Shown here one piece after another: positions 39,621 to 49,670 of a DNA stretch of 64,000 bases. The notes under the pieces were generated by a model, which saw nothing but the letters and a program-made list of their open reading frames with translations, had not been told where the DNA came from and ran no database searches. The stretch's first letter is position 1; the number at the start of each line of letters is the position of its first letter. The position numbers and the translations under genes were made by a program. Origin of the DNA: Syntrophorhabdaceae bacterium (GTDB lineage: Bacteria; Desulfobacterota; Syntrophorhabdia; Syntrophorhabdales; Syntrophorhabdaceae); NCBI GenBank assembly GCA_963666485.2, contig CAXXUO010000003.1:288001-352000 (forward strand), in the 5' to 3' direction.

Positions 39621-39905
39621 ATGAAAAAGATCCTGGTGTGCACTGTATGCGTATTCGCGCTGTCCCTGGCTGTACCCGGCCTCGACGCTTTGCTGAGAAG
39701 CAACTCATCTTCAAAGGCCTGTGCCGCGGACAACATCAGGTCCGAGACAAAAGACCCGCAGGAAAGAGATCCCTACAAAGCAGGCAAGAAACGGGCGCAG
39801 GATTTGAAGCGGGGAAAAAGCGGCAAGCCGAGCGATGACGGGTACAAAGACATGGATGAGAACCAGAAGGCCGCCTATAGAAAAGGCTACAAAGACGGCC
39901 AGTAA
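39621..39905 (+). CDS. Hypothetical exported protein
   Basis: MKKIL signal peptide after a purine-rich SD; Y..G.K / YRKGYKDG motifs. Confidence 0.65.
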   Translation: MKKILVCTVCVFALSLAVPGLDALLRSNSSSKACAADNIRSETKDPQERDPYKAGKKRAQDLKRGKSGKPSDDGYKDMDENQKAAYRKGYKDGQ

Positions 39906-39928
39906 AACATGAGGTCAGTGATTCGCTT

Positions 39929-40279
39929 CTAAGCCCTGGAAAGCGCCTCCTGGACCATGTCCTTGGTTGGCGGTTTCTTAATTACCATGTGGGCCCCGGC
40001 GGCCTTAGATTTTTGGATCGTTTCGTCTGTCTCTGACGAGCACACAATGATGATCGTCCCCGGGTCCACCTTCCTGATCCCCTCGATGCATTCAATGCCA
40101 TTCATGTTGGGCATGTTGATGTCCATGAATGTTATATCAGGACCTTCCTTTTTAAAGATCTCCAGCGCCTGTGTGCCATCATCGGCTTCATGGAAAATAA
40201 ATTCCTCGGGCCGGGATACGCAGCTCTTGACCATCCTTCTCGCTACGGGGGAATCATCGACAATTAATATTTTCTTCAT
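39929..40279 (-). CDS. Single-domain response regulator (CheY-like)
   Basis: ILIVDDS, MDINMPNMNG, terminal KP. Confidence 0.9.
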   Translation of the reverse strand: MKKILIVDDSPVARRMVKSCVSRPEEFIFHEADDGTQALEIFKKEGPDITFMDINMPNMNGIECIEGIRKVDPGTIIIVCSSETDETIQKSKAAGAHMVIKKPPTKDMVQEALSRA

Positions 40280-40477
40280 TTTGCACTCGGGCTCATCCTT
40301 TATCCTGTCAGTCGGCAGGGTTGCCATACATTTTCCACGCGACGGTTCACATCGTATTTATCGCTGAATATCGGTATTTCATAAGCCAATTGCCTTTGCA
40401 AGAGTATTCGTCTTGATTGACAGCTATAGCGGACATTGGTCGCGAAGATGGTGGTGCCTGGGGAATGGTTTGAATAG

Positions 40478-40552
40478 TGGAGCCGACGATGGGAATTGAA
40501 CCCGCGACCTGCTCATTACGAGTGAGCTGCTCTGCCTCTGAGCTACGTCGGC
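40478..40552 (-). tRNA. tRNA-Thr (CGT)
   Basis: Minus strand GCCGACG...GCTCA-CT-CGT-AA-TGAGC...CGTCGGC-T-CCA cloverleaf. Confidence 0.95.
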
Positions 40553-40626
40553 GTTGAATGATTATATAGCATAACCTGTCGTTTTCGCACAATATAAATC
40601 TGCGCAACGGGGCATCAGTGCTGTCT

Positions 40627-41439
40627 TTAGGGCATCCTCAAGAGGATTGCCGCTGCGAGCAGCACCAAAATTTCCGAAAGTTCATGGATGCATCCGAGGT
40701 TATCCCCCGTGAGGCCGCCGAACCGGGCGGTGAAAAGGGCGCGCATTGCGTATCCTCCAATCAGTGAGGCTGCGGCGCCGGCGAAGAAGAATGTGGGGAA
40801 ATTGCGCATTGCGTAAGGGCAGGCGAGATAGCAGGTCCCATAAACGACTCCCGCAAGGCCCGCCGTGATGACGCACTCGAGCACGACATGCGAGGTCTTC
40901 AATTTTCCGAGGAACAGCGTCCCGAGGCCGTCATTGCGGGCGCTTATCGCCCCCGGCATCATCATCGTCATGGACCATGCCGAGATCATCGGGAAGATGA
41001 AAATGACGGGATCGATACCCCGGCAAGGCGCCTCCAGAACATCCTTGAGAAGGGCATATTTGAGGAGCATAAAGGCGGCAATGGCGGTAATGCCGATGGG
41101 ACCGGCAGTGCTGTCGCGCATGACGGCAAGCCTTTTCTCCCGGTCCTGCGGTCCATTCCCTGTCGATCTCACGGCAAGGGCGTCGAATGTGTCCGACAGT
41201 CCGTCCTGGTGAAACGCGCCGTTCGTAAGGAGATACGCCATGATCAGCACAGCCGCCGCTACCGCCGGTGACAGGGATTTCGTGATAAGGTAAGCGACGG
41301 TTGCAAGGAAAAGCCCCTGGAAGAAACCCACCACAGGGAAGAACGCCGCCGACCACCTCAGGTCATCGACTGAAACCTCGCCCCGCGTGCGTATCGGGAC
41401 GATCGTCAGGAATTGAAAGGCCGCGAGTATCTTCTTCAC
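40627..41439 (-). CDS. cobS: Adenosylcobinamide-GDP ribazoletransferase
   Basis: QFLT..P, H.DGLSDTFD, MRDS..G, FGGLTGD. Confidence 0.92.
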   Translation of the reverse strand: MKKILAAFQFLTIVPIRTRGEVSVDDLRWSAAFFPVVGFFQGLFLATVAYLITKSLSPAVAAAVLIMAYLLTNGAFHQDGLSDTFDALAVRSTGNGPQDREKRLAVMRDSTAGPIGITAIAAFMLLKYALLKDVLEAPCRGIDPVIFIFPMISAWSMTMMMPGAISARNDGLGTLFLGKLKTSHVVLECVITAGLAGVVYGTCYLACPYAMRNFPTFFFAGAAASLIGGYAMRALFTARFGGLTGDNLGCIHELSEILVLLAAAILLRMP

Positions 41440-41463
41440 AGGTTCCTACCCATCACTCATCGC

Positions 41464-42531
41464 CTATTGCCCATCGCCCATCTTCTTATTCACCCCCGCC
41501 TCCTCGAACGTAGCCATTTCCCGGTATATCTTCACCCCCGCCTCGATAAGATACATTGCAAGGGCAGCACCCGTTCCTTCCCCCAGTCTTAAATTGAGAT
41601 CAAGTATCGGCTCGAGCCCCATTGTCTCGAGCATGATGCCCTGGCCAGGCTCGACGGAGTTGTGCGCAGCGAACATGTATTCCGCAGAATGCCTGTTAAT
41701 GCCATATGCTATCATCGCCCCAGCGGTCGATATAAGGCCGTCGATGACAACGGGGATGCGGCGCGAAGCGGCGCCGAGTATGAGCCCCGCGATCCCGCCG
41801 ATCTCAGCGCCCCCGATGGCAGCCAGAACACCGACAGGGTCCGATGGATCAGGCCTGTTAAGAGCGATCGCGTCTTCGATCACCCGTATTTTATGCCCGA
41901 TATGATCATCGTCGATGCCGGCCCCGTAACCTGTGACCTCGGCGGCGGGCGTGCCGGTCATCACCGAGGCGATAGCGCTGGATGGCGTAGTATTGCCGAT
42001 TCCCATATCTCCGGTCGCAAAAAGGGAATAGCCTTTGCCGGCGTACTCGTACGCAAGTTCGGCGCCTGCTTCGATGGTACGCAGGGCCTCGTCGCGGGTC
42101 ATCGCCGGCCCTTTGCGCATATTCCGCGTACCGCGGACTATTTTCTTTCGGATGAGCGCAGGGTGATCGGCGATATCGCCGGCGACACCGATATCGATGA
42201 CGACGACATCCGCCCCGGCGTGGCGGCCAAGGACGTTGATAGCGGCCCCGCCGTCGAGGAAATTAAGCACCATCTGGGCGGTCACTTCCTTCGGGTAGGC
42301 CGACACCCCTTCCTCCACGACGCCGTGATCACCTGCAAACGTGAAGATCGCTTTTCTTCCGATGAAGGGCGGCATCTCGAGGCCCGTGATCGCCACGATA
42401 CGTTTCGCGAAATCCTCGATCCTGCCCAGGCTCCCCTGTGGTTTGGTCAGGCTGTCGAGGCGTGCCGACGCTATTTTCAAAAGCTTTCTATCGATCGGGT
42501 CGATGTGGAGACCTGCAAGGTCCATTGTCAT
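41464..42531 (-). CDS. cobT: Nicotinate-nucleotide--dimethylbenzimidazole phosphoribosyltransferase
   Basis: [30 protein letters not shown]. Confidence 0.95.
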   Translation of the reverse strand: MTMDLAGLHIDPIDRKLLKIASARLDSLTKPQGSLGRIEDFAKRIVAITGLEMPPFIGRKAIFTFAGDHGVVEEGVSAYPKEVTAQMVLNFLDGGAAINVLGRHAGADVVVIDIGVAGDIADHPALIRKKIVRGTRNMRKGPAMTRDEALRTIEAGAELAYEYAGKGYSLFATGDMGIGNTTPSSAIASVMTGTPAAEVTGYGAGIDDDHIGHKIRVIEDAIALNRPDPSDPVGVLAAIGGAEIGGIAGLILGAASRRIPVVIDGLISTAGAMIAYGINRHSAEYMFAAHNSVEPGQGIMLETMGLEPILDLNLRLGEGTGAALAMYLIEAGVKIYREMATFEEAGVNKKMGDGQ

Positions 42532-43046
42532 GCTCCCTTTATTTTCATGGGGATCCCGGCCACCATGAAGTAGACATCCGTTGCCGCCGCGGCAATACCG
42601 GCATTCAGGCGGCCAAGGTCGTCCCTGTATTGCCTGCCGAGCGGCACTTCGGGCACAAGGCCGAGGCCCACCTCGTTCGATACCATGTAAAGGTCTGATA
42701 GCCCCGTGTTCGAGATTGCCTCCAGAAGCTGACCGGCATAGTGATCAAAGTCAAGGCCTCGTACCAGCAGGTTCGACACCCAGAGGGTTAGACAATCTAC
42801 AAGGACCACGGGATGGTCCGGCGCGACGCGTGATATGAGCGCCGGCAGTTCCACGGGTTCCTCGAATGTGGTCCAGTCAGGGGCACGTTCGCTCTTATGC
42901 CGGGAAATGCGCAGCGCCATTTCATCATCGAGCGCTTCGGCAGTGGCGATAAACGCCTTTTTTCCGGGCAGCAGCGACGCTTCGCCCAGGGCAAACGAGC
43001 TTTTTCCGCTGCGCGCCCCCCCCAGAACGATCACCCTTTTTGACAT
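42528..43046 (-). CDS. cobU: Adenosylcobinamide kinase/guanylyltransferase
   Basis: [22 protein letters not shown]. Confidence 0.95.
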   Translation of the reverse strand: MSKRVIVLGGARSGKSSFALGEASLLPGKKAFIATAEALDDEMALRISRHKSERAPDWTTFEEPVELPALISRVAPDHPVVLVDCLTLWVSNLLVRGLDFDHYAGQLLEAISNTGLSDLYMVSNEVGLGLVPEVPLGRQYRDDLGRLNAGIAAAATDVYFMVAGIPMKIKGA

Positions 43047-43831
43047 TTTTCCTTTACCTCCTCCGGGACGATCAGTACAAAAGGTTTACCGGAAAGCGGG
43101 TTCTCCCGGACAATGACCACCGTCTTGTAGACCTCTTCAATGGCGCGGTAGTCGAGCACTTCAGCCGGCGGTCCGCACTTTTGAACCCGGCCGTCGCCGA
43201 AAAGGACTATCGTGTCGCAATATTCCGATGCCAGGTTGAGGTCGTGCAGGATGATGACCACCGTCAGGCCTTCCTGCCGGTTGAGCCGTCTCACGAGGTC
43301 GAGTATGCCCACCTGGTGCGTTATGTCGAGATGCGACGTCGGTTCGTCGAGAAGAAGGACCTTCGGTTCCTGTGCAAGACCGCGGGCAATGAACGCAAGC
43401 TGGACCTCCCCGGCACTCATCTCCGACATAAGGGCGTCCTTGAGCCGGGCGATACCCGTGAGTTCCATGGCTTTATTTGCAATGAGGCCGTCCCGGCCGT
43501 CCTCAAAGAACTGGAACCTCCTGTAATAGGGCGTCCTGCCCAGGAGAACGAATTCCCTGACCGTCATGGGGAGGGAAGGGACGGTCTGGGAAACGACGGC
43601 AAGGGACCTCGCGACCTGGTTGACGCGAAGCTGCCGCATATCCGTACCTTCGAGAAGGACCTCTCCCCCGGTTATCTTGACGAGCCGCGTGACCGCCTTC
43701 AGCAGGGTGGTCTTGCCGGACCCGTTCGGCCCTATTATTCCGAAAAATTGTCCCTTGCGGACAGACAGGCTCACATCTCTCAGGATCGTTTTGTCGCCGT
43801 ATCCGCACGTTAGGCCCCTTATTTCGATCAC
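43031..43831 (-). CDS. Corrinoid ABC transporter ATPase (BtuD-like)
   Basis: GPNGSGKTT, LLDEPTSHLD, HDLN. Confidence 0.88.
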   Translation of the reverse strand: MIEIRGLTCGYGDKTILRDVSLSVRKGQFFGIIGPNGSGKTTLLKAVTRLVKITGGEVLLEGTDMRQLRVNQVARSLAVVSQTVPSLPMTVREFVLLGRTPYYRRFQFFEDGRDGLIANKAMELTGIARLKDALMSEMSAGEVQLAFIARGLAQEPKVLLLDEPTSHLDITHQVGILDLVRRLNRQEGLTVVIILHDLNLASEYCDTIVLFGDGRVQKCGPPAEVLDYRAIEEVYKTVVIVRENPLSGKPFVLIVPEEVKEKCQKG

Positions 43832-44847
43832 AGGACACCTCCGGGGCGCCCCGACAGGTGGTAGCGGCTCAAGATGTAAATGAAGATAATGCCCCCGGCG
43901 ATACCGGTTATGACACCGACGGGAAGCTCGACGGGTGCGAGGACGACACGCGCGATGGTATCGCAGAAGATGAGAAAACCCGCGCCGGTAAAAAATGAGA
44001 CAACGACGAGTTTCCTGTGGTCATAGCCGGTCAGGATCCGGACAAAATGCGGCACGATGAGGCCCACAAAACCTATGATGCCTGTCAGGGACACACTGAT
44101 GCCGGTAAGCAGCGACGCCAGGATGAAAAGCTGCTTCTTGGTCCTTTCCGTATCGACACCGAGGTGAACGGCCTCCTCTTCTCCCAGGGACAGTGCATTG
44201 AGGGCCGGCGCAAGCATATACGAGAGGACAAGCCCGAGGAGGGCAATGACGCTGACAATAAATATGAGGGCTGAGTTCGGCTCCTCGAGCGACCCCATGA
44301 TCCAGAAGACGATGCTGTGAAGTTCCTCGGTCTTCGATATCGCCAGAATAAGGACAACGAGCGATGAGGAGATAAAACTCGTCATGACGCCTGTCAGGAG
44401 GATGCCCTGCATCCGCGCGACATTCCGGCGCATGTTGACGAAATAGAGGGGAAGGATAACGAGGCATGACCCGATGAACCCGGATGCCGGCAGGGCGACG
44501 GCCGGGAAGATATTCTGTAATTTCAGGATGATGCACACTGCGGCACCCAGGGCTCCCCCGCCCGATATCCCGAGCGTGTACGGCTCGACGAGGGGATTGC
44601 GGAACATGCCCTGCAGGATGACCCCTGCGACCGAGAGGGCGCCGCCGACCGCGAAGCCCAGCATGACGCGCGGAAGCCGTATGTCGACAAGGATGCTGTA
44701 TTCCGGTGTGACAGCACCGGCCGTGATTATCGGGAATACCCTCCTCAAGGGAATCCCGGCGGACCCGCTCATAAGGGCGACGGCAACCGCGGCCGCCAGG
44801 AAGAGGATAGCGCATGGCAGGATGAACGCCATGTTCCTCGTCTTCAT
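43828..44847 (-). CDS. Corrinoid ABC transporter permease (BtuC/FecCD-like)
   Basis: IRLPR, RNPL..P..LG, GIIGFVGLIVPH, ELPVG. Confidence 0.9.
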   Translation of the reverse strand: MKTRNMAFILPCAILFLAAAVAVALMSGSAGIPLRRVFPIITAGAVTPEYSILVDIRLPRVMLGFAVGGALSVAGVILQGMFRNPLVEPYTLGISGGGALGAAVCIILKLQNIFPAVALPASGFIGSCLVILPLYFVNMRRNVARMQGILLTGVMTSFISSSLVVLILAISKTEELHSIVFWIMGSLEEPNSALIFIVSVIALLGLVLSYMLAPALNALSLGEEEAVHLGVDTERTKKQLFILASLLTGISVSLTGIIGFVGLIVPHFVRILTGYDHRKLVVVSFFTGAGFLIFCDTIARVVLAPVELPVGVITGIAGGIIFIYILSRYHLSGRPGGVL

Positions 44848-45731
44848 TTCGGGCCTCCCGTGCGGTCAGGGTGCAGGAGGGTCACAATGTGCCGTAATGA
44901 CCGCACAAAACCTTCAGGGGTAGGGCTGCACACATCGTCGGAATCAATGACGAATATTCTCCCCCCCTTGACGGCGTTCACCGACCTATAACGTTTCCAT
45001 GCCTTTACCTCGTTCTCGCCGCTCAATTCCATCGTGACGATGAGTATCACATCGGGATTGCGCATGATCGCCTCTTCGCGCCCGACGCTTCCTGACGGGG
45101 CGTCACGGAATATGTTCTGCGCCCCCGAGAATTCGAGGTAATCATTCACAAAAAAATCCGCGGTTGCGACGAAGAAGGGTTTCAAGCCGAGCTCGATCAT
45201 GACCCGCGGCTTCTTGAGGTTGCGCGTGCTTTTACGAATAGCCTCGACCTCGGCCTGCGCCTTGCTGACGATGCGCCGGGCTTTGTCACCCGTGCCGGTC
45301 GCCTTCCCTATCTCGAGGAAGACAGTACAGACCCCGGAGAACGTCCTGGGTATTTCATAGGTCAGAACTTTGAGGCCGAGCGAGCGCATTTTCGCGATAG
45401 CCTTCTGGTTCGTGAGGCCCATCGCCAGCACAAGGTCCGGCCGCAACGTGACGATCTTTTCGAGGTCCGGCTCGATCACGGTCCCGACAACGGGCTTTGA
45501 TCGTGCGTCGGCCGGGCGGTCGCAATATGTCGTGACGCCGGCGATACTTTCTTTGAGCCCGAGGAGATAGAGCGATTCCGTAATTGCGGGGCTCAGCGAT
45601 ATGATGCGGGCCGGGTGTGGCGCCGGGCGGGCACTGCCGGCCCCGGCGTGCCCGGCAAGGCATAACAGGGCCGCGAGGATGAGCACGATGACCGGGAATA
45701 CCGCCTTTAGCCCTGGACAGCGAAGGATCAT
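44844..45731 (-). CDS. Corrinoid-binding periplasmic protein (BtuF-like)
   Basis: Signal peptide; RIISLSP.ITE, YCD.P, E.I..L.PDLV. Confidence 0.88.
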   Translation of the reverse strand: MILRCPGLKAVFPVIVLILAALLCLAGHAGAGSARPAPHPARIISLSPAITESLYLLGLKESIAGVTTYCDRPADARSKPVVGTVIEPDLEKIVTLRPDLVLAMGLTNQKAIAKMRSLGLKVLTYEIPRTFSGVCTVFLEIGKATGTGDKARRIVSKAQAEVEAIRKSTRNLKKPRVMIELGLKPFFVATADFFVNDYLEFSGAQNIFRDAPSGSVGREEAIMRNPDVILIVTMELSGENEVKAWKRYRSVNAVKGGRIFVIDSDDVCSPTPEGFVRSLRHIVTLLHPDRTGGPK

Positions 45732-46408
45732 GGCCCTCCTTGTATAAAAGGATCGGTTATATTAAGGAAGAAGTATTCCCCGTCGGACCGGGCGCCGCCC
45801 CTGCCGAAAACGACAGGGTTCCTGAAGACGGGCCCGTCATATACGAAGGTGTGATATTCCCCCGCCTCGCCGCAGATATCGATGCCCTGCGCCCCGATGT
45901 CGTTCATGAAGGCATCATCTATTTCCCGCCCGATCCAGGACTCGTCGAGATATCTCTTGTCGACGGCAACTATCGCGGCTTTGAAGCCGGAACGGATGAA
46001 CTCTCTCAGCAGGTCATCCCTTTTTTCACACCACAGGGGGAGGGAAGGCGATATCGAACATTCCTTCGAGACCCGTTCAACCCACGCGCGGTGCTCCTCG
46101 AGGTCGATGTCCCCGAAGATGCCGTGGCATATTCCTTCGCCGGGCATTGTGCGGAGAATGGCCTTGAACTCATTTTCATACGTGTCCCAGGTCGCCGGCC
46201 GCTGGATGAGGGGGATACCGATCGCCCTGGCCTGCAGTTGAATAAGCCCGGCACTGATCCCGTGGGTACGCGAGTGCTCCCCGTCCTCGGTCATCATGTT
46301 TATGAGGCGTGTCACGTTGACCCCTGACCTAATCGCCCTGAAAAGAGACAGCACACTCTCCTTGCCGCCGCTCCACGAGCAGAAAGCCTTGTTTTGTGAG
46401 CTATTCAT
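45728..46408 (-). CDS. PP-loop ATP pyrophosphatase (Dph6/MJ0570, diphthine-ammonia ligase family)
   Basis: SWSGGKES, FGDID, CGE.GEYHTFV.DGP; ATGA overlap with the upstream gene. Confidence 0.85.
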   Translation of the reverse strand: MNSSQNKAFCSWSGGKESVLSLFRAIRSGVNVTRLINMMTEDGEHSRTHGISAGLIQLQARAIGIPLIQRPATWDTYENEFKAILRTMPGEGICHGIFGDIDLEEHRAWVERVSKECSISPSLPLWCEKRDDLLREFIRSGFKAAIVAVDKRYLDESWIGREIDDAFMNDIGAQGIDICGEAGEYHTFVYDGPVFRNPVVFGRGGARSDGEYFFLNITDPFIQGGP

Positions 46409-47325
46409 AATGAACCCCTTTCTACCCATCCGCAGACCCTGCAATGGCTGCGGCCCTCATGGATACCGGCCCCGCATCCGGGGCACGCCCTCTGCCCGTT
46501 TACGGGCCGAGGTATCCGTCCGATGACCTGCCTGTATATCTCATAGTAATATGAATGGGCCTTGTTCATAAAATAAATTCCATGTTGCCGCATGCTTTCA
46601 CGGAGTTCGCTATCCGATATGCGGGCCTCGAAAAAGTCATTGAGCGCTGTCATGCCTGATCCCGTCTCGAGGGGCCTTTTGTCCTGCCAGAGGATTGCCT
46701 CCGGCAAATAGCCGCTCAAGGCCTCCCTGAGGACCCATTTGCCGTGCACCGTTCCTTGCCGCTCACGTATCTTCCATTCGCGCCCGGTAGCCAGGGCCAG
46801 CCGTATTATGTCAGGATGCAGGAAGGGCTGCACTATAGTGACCCCGAAGTGCCTGCCAAGGGGATTCGAGCTGAACGTCATGGTCAGGGACAGGTCCCGG
46901 ATATACGTGTCGAGGTCGTGTATACCGCGCATATAGGAGTAGCCTGCGAAGATCTCGTCCGACCCGTCGCCCGTAATGACAGAATGAAAACCCATATCCT
47001 GTGCCTTCTTCAAACCGAAATAGACGGCCAGATCGTTCGGCACCGCCGGATCGAAGGTCTTCAGTGCGGCAATGAGGTCCGGCAGTGCATTGAGGGCCTC
47101 ATCCCGGGATACGACGACATGCGTCAGGTCCATGTTCAGTGCGTCGGCGGCCTGACGGGCATATTCGAGGTCGGGTGCATCATCGCCGAGCGTGACGACA
47201 ATGCCCTTTGAGCACCCGGTAAGTGCGGCCGCTGCCGATGAGTCGAGGCCTCCCGAAAAAAGCGCACCGTCAGCCTGAAGTCCCGAGCATACCTCGCAAA
47301 GTGCACGGTAAAGCCGCCCTGGCAC
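46405..47325 (-). CDS. Asparagine-synthase C-terminal-like PP-loop protein with C-terminal Zn ribbon
   Basis: FSGGLDSS, TGDGSDEIFAGY, PFL, KWVLREA, CPGC...CRVC; no glutaminase domain; start taken at GTG 47325. Confidence 0.8.
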   Translation of the reverse strand: MPGRLYRALCEVCSGLQADGALFSGGLDSSAAAALTGCSKGIVVTLGDDAPDLEYARQAADALNMDLTHVVVSRDEALNALPDLIAALKTFDPAVPNDLAVYFGLKKAQDMGFHSVITGDGSDEIFAGYSYMRGIHDLDTYIRDLSLTMTFSSNPLGRHFGVTIVQPFLHPDIIRLALATGREWKIRERQGTVHGKWVLREALSGYLPEAILWQDKRPLETGSGMTALNDFFEARISDSELRESMRQHGIYFMNKAHSYYYEIYRQVIGRIPRPVNGQRACPGCGAGIHEGRSHCRVCGWVERGSL

Positions 47326-47344
47326 GTCGCCAACTCCCGACTTT

Positions 47345-49345
47345 TCAAAATTTATAGGTATACTGCACCCCCAGGAGGTAATTGCGTTCCGGCGACGGGT
47401 AGAAGTACTGCATCGCTCCCGCATTTGAGACGACCCCGTATTCGCTGTACTGCCTGTCGAACATATTCTTGACTGCACCCGTGATCTTAAAGCCCTTCCA
47501 TATGTAAACGGCCGACAGGTCAAAAACCGTGAAACCGCCCATCTTCGGGAAGGTGTTCTCGATATCGCTCGTCATGTACCTGTCACCGACATAGCGCGAA
47601 GCGAATGTGACGGTCAGCGCGTCTACGGCCCAGGAGAGCGCCGCATTGAACTTGTTGGCAGGCACCATCGGTATGCGCTTCCCGTTCAGATCGTCCCCGT
47701 CGAAGACCGCGTCGAGATACGTGTAGCCGAGATCGAGCCTCAAGCCCGGTACGATGATCCAGAAGAGGGTGGCCTCGATGCCCTGCCGCATGGTCTTCGG
47801 GTAATTTGCATTCTGATAGGTGAGGGGGTTGTAGTAAATTTCGTTCTTGTAGAGCCCGTAAAACCCTGTAACGCTCGTTCCCAAATAACTCGTGAAATTG
47901 TAGCGTATGCCGACGTCTATCTCTTTTCCCGTCTGGGGCTCCAGGTTCTCGTTGATGGGCGGCACGGAGAACGGGCTGAAATATTCGTCGGTTACCGGGA
48001 ACCGGAACCCGGTGGCAAATGTAGCGAAGACGTTGCCTTTCTCCGGAATGATATAATTGAGGCCCACCCGCCAGGCATCCTTGTCCTTTTTGACGAAGTC
48101 ATTTATGGGTGCCATGACGCCCGTATTATCGGTGTAGTCGAAGTCATACCTTACCTTCGCGAGGCGGTATGCCGCCGTGAAAAGGAGGTTTTTCGTGACG
48201 AAAAGCTCATCGTTGGCGTAGAATCCCCACTCCGTCTTATTGATGTTGGTGTTGGAGTCTGCGCCGGAACCGGAGTCGACACTCCGGCTTGGTGAGTAAT
48301 AATAGTCGATACCGGCGACCAGGGTGTTTTTGAAGGAGAACACATCCTCTCTTACCGTGATCTTCGGTGTCACTGACATTGTTTCGAACAGTCTCATCGC
48401 GTCCCATGACATGCCGTTCGCGTTCGGGTCGTAATGGAATGACGTGTGCCTCCTGCGATACGCCGCACCAAGCGACAGCTGCACCGTATCCGAGGCCTTC
48501 ATGACAGCCTCCATGTCGACGAAATTGTCCTCGGTGTTTCCCCTGTCGAGCGGCGTGGCGGAATCCTTTCCGTCATAGATCCCCGTGTTGAGCTGAAATG
48601 CGGAGAGCGGGCCCGGCAGGCCGTAGTTGTCCGTGTGATGCCCGGCCTTCAGGTTTACGGTAAGACGGCCGGCGAGATCATACGAGAAGGAACCGAAGAC
48701 GTCTTTTGCGCTCAGGTCATTGTTGTGCCGGTATCCCGTCGTATCGTACGACGAGGTCAGCACGTTGTAGGAAAAGGCGCCCTGTTTACCCGACACCCCG
48801 AGGTAGGGGTTGTACAGGTCGTAACTGCCGGTGTTCAAGCCGGAAATTATGGCCGGTTTTCCTTCACCCTTTCTGAGTAGAATGTTGATCACGCCGCCTA
48901 TGGCATTATCACCATACAGGGCGCTTGCGGGGCCGCGGTATATTTCGATGCGTTCTATCATCTCGATCGGTACCTGCATGAGGTCCACGTACGAAAGGTT
49001 GATGTCGTTGACGCGCCGTCCGTCTACCAGGAACAGCGTATTTTGGGGAGCACTCTCACCGAAACCACGGATGTCAACCGCGGAAAACTTCGGGTTGCTG
49101 AGCAGGCTCCGGGCGAATATACCCTGCTCGTCCTTGAAGACGTCAGTCAGGCTGCGTACGCCTTTCTCCTCGATCTGTTCCCGGGTGATTATGGAGACGT
49201 TGGCCGGGACCTCTTTGATCTTGGCCTCAGAGCGTGTCGCTGTCACGACGATGCTGTCCATCGTGTACGGGGCTTCCTGCGGGAAGGATGGAGAGGGGGT
49301 AAAAACCGATAAAAAGATCAGAAAAAGGAAAAAACCGCGGGCCAT
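47345..49345 (-). CDS. btuB: TonB-dependent corrinoid receptor (BtuB-like)
   Basis: TonB box DSIVVTATR, IRG, IERIEI.RGP.S.LYG, terminal YKF; downstream of a B12 riboswitch. Confidence 0.85.
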   Translation of the reverse strand: MARGFFLFLIFLSVFTPSPSFPQEAPYTMDSIVVTATRSEAKIKEVPANVSIITREQIEEKGVRSLTDVFKDEQGIFARSLLSNPKFSAVDIRGFGESAPQNTLFLVDGRRVNDINLSYVDLMQVPIEMIERIEIYRGPASALYGDNAIGGVINILLRKGEGKPAIISGLNTGSYDLYNPYLGVSGKQGAFSYNVLTSSYDTTGYRHNNDLSAKDVFGSFSYDLAGRLTVNLKAGHHTDNYGLPGPLSAFQLNTGIYDGKDSATPLDRGNTEDNFVDMEAVMKASDTVQLSLGAAYRRRHTSFHYDPNANGMSWDAMRLFETMSVTPKITVREDVFSFKNTLVAGIDYYYSPSRSVDSGSGADSNTNINKTEWGFYANDELFVTKNLLFTAAYRLAKVRYDFDYTDNTGVMAPINDFVKKDKDAWRVGLNYIIPEKGNVFATFATGFRFPVTDEYFSPFSVPPINENLEPQTGKEIDVGIRYNFTSYLGTSVTGFYGLYKNEIYYNPLTYQNANYPKTMRQGIEATLFWIIVPGLRLDLGYTYLDAVFDGDDLNGKRIPMVPANKFNAALSWAVDALTVTFASRYVGDRYMTSDIENTFPKMGGFTVFDLSAVYIWKGFKITGAVKNMFDRQYSEYGVVSNAGAMQYFYPSPERNYLLGVQYTYKF

Positions 49346-49382
49346 GAGAATCTCCTTATGCCTCGTAAGGATATGTCTCGAT

Positions 49383-49548
49383 ATTCAGCCCAAGGTTTCC
49401 TGACTTAAGGGGAATGAGAGCCGGCGCGCCTTCCCATCGCGGATACGCCGCGAAAGTGGCCGGCCTTAAAGGCCATGCGCCGCTTAGCCCCATCACAGTT
49501 GCGGGACAGCGGAAGGTTTTCACTTCACTTCCCTTGGAGGCTGAACTG
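49383..49548 (-). ncRNA. Cobalamin riboswitch
   Basis: Minus strand AAGGGAA..GTGAAA..CGCTGTCCCGCAACTGT..GCCACT..TGGGAAGG..AAGTCAGGAAACC; closing stem TTCAGCC/GGCTGAA; leads the btu/cob operon. Confidence 0.9.
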
Positions 49549-49670
49549 TAACGAGTATGGCTACTTTTTAACATACAAAGCAGGGAAAAAACAAAGGATA
49601 TATCACGCCCTGGCGCCGTTCGGGCCCGCTCCATTTGTTTTTACCCTTCCGTTTTGATAAGGTATAGACC

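Noticed and set aside
31715..40552. Integrative island anchored at tRNA-Thr
   Set aside because: Accessory-looking genes lie off the tRNA 3' end, but I found no integrase and no duplicated tRNA 3' end (att) by eye
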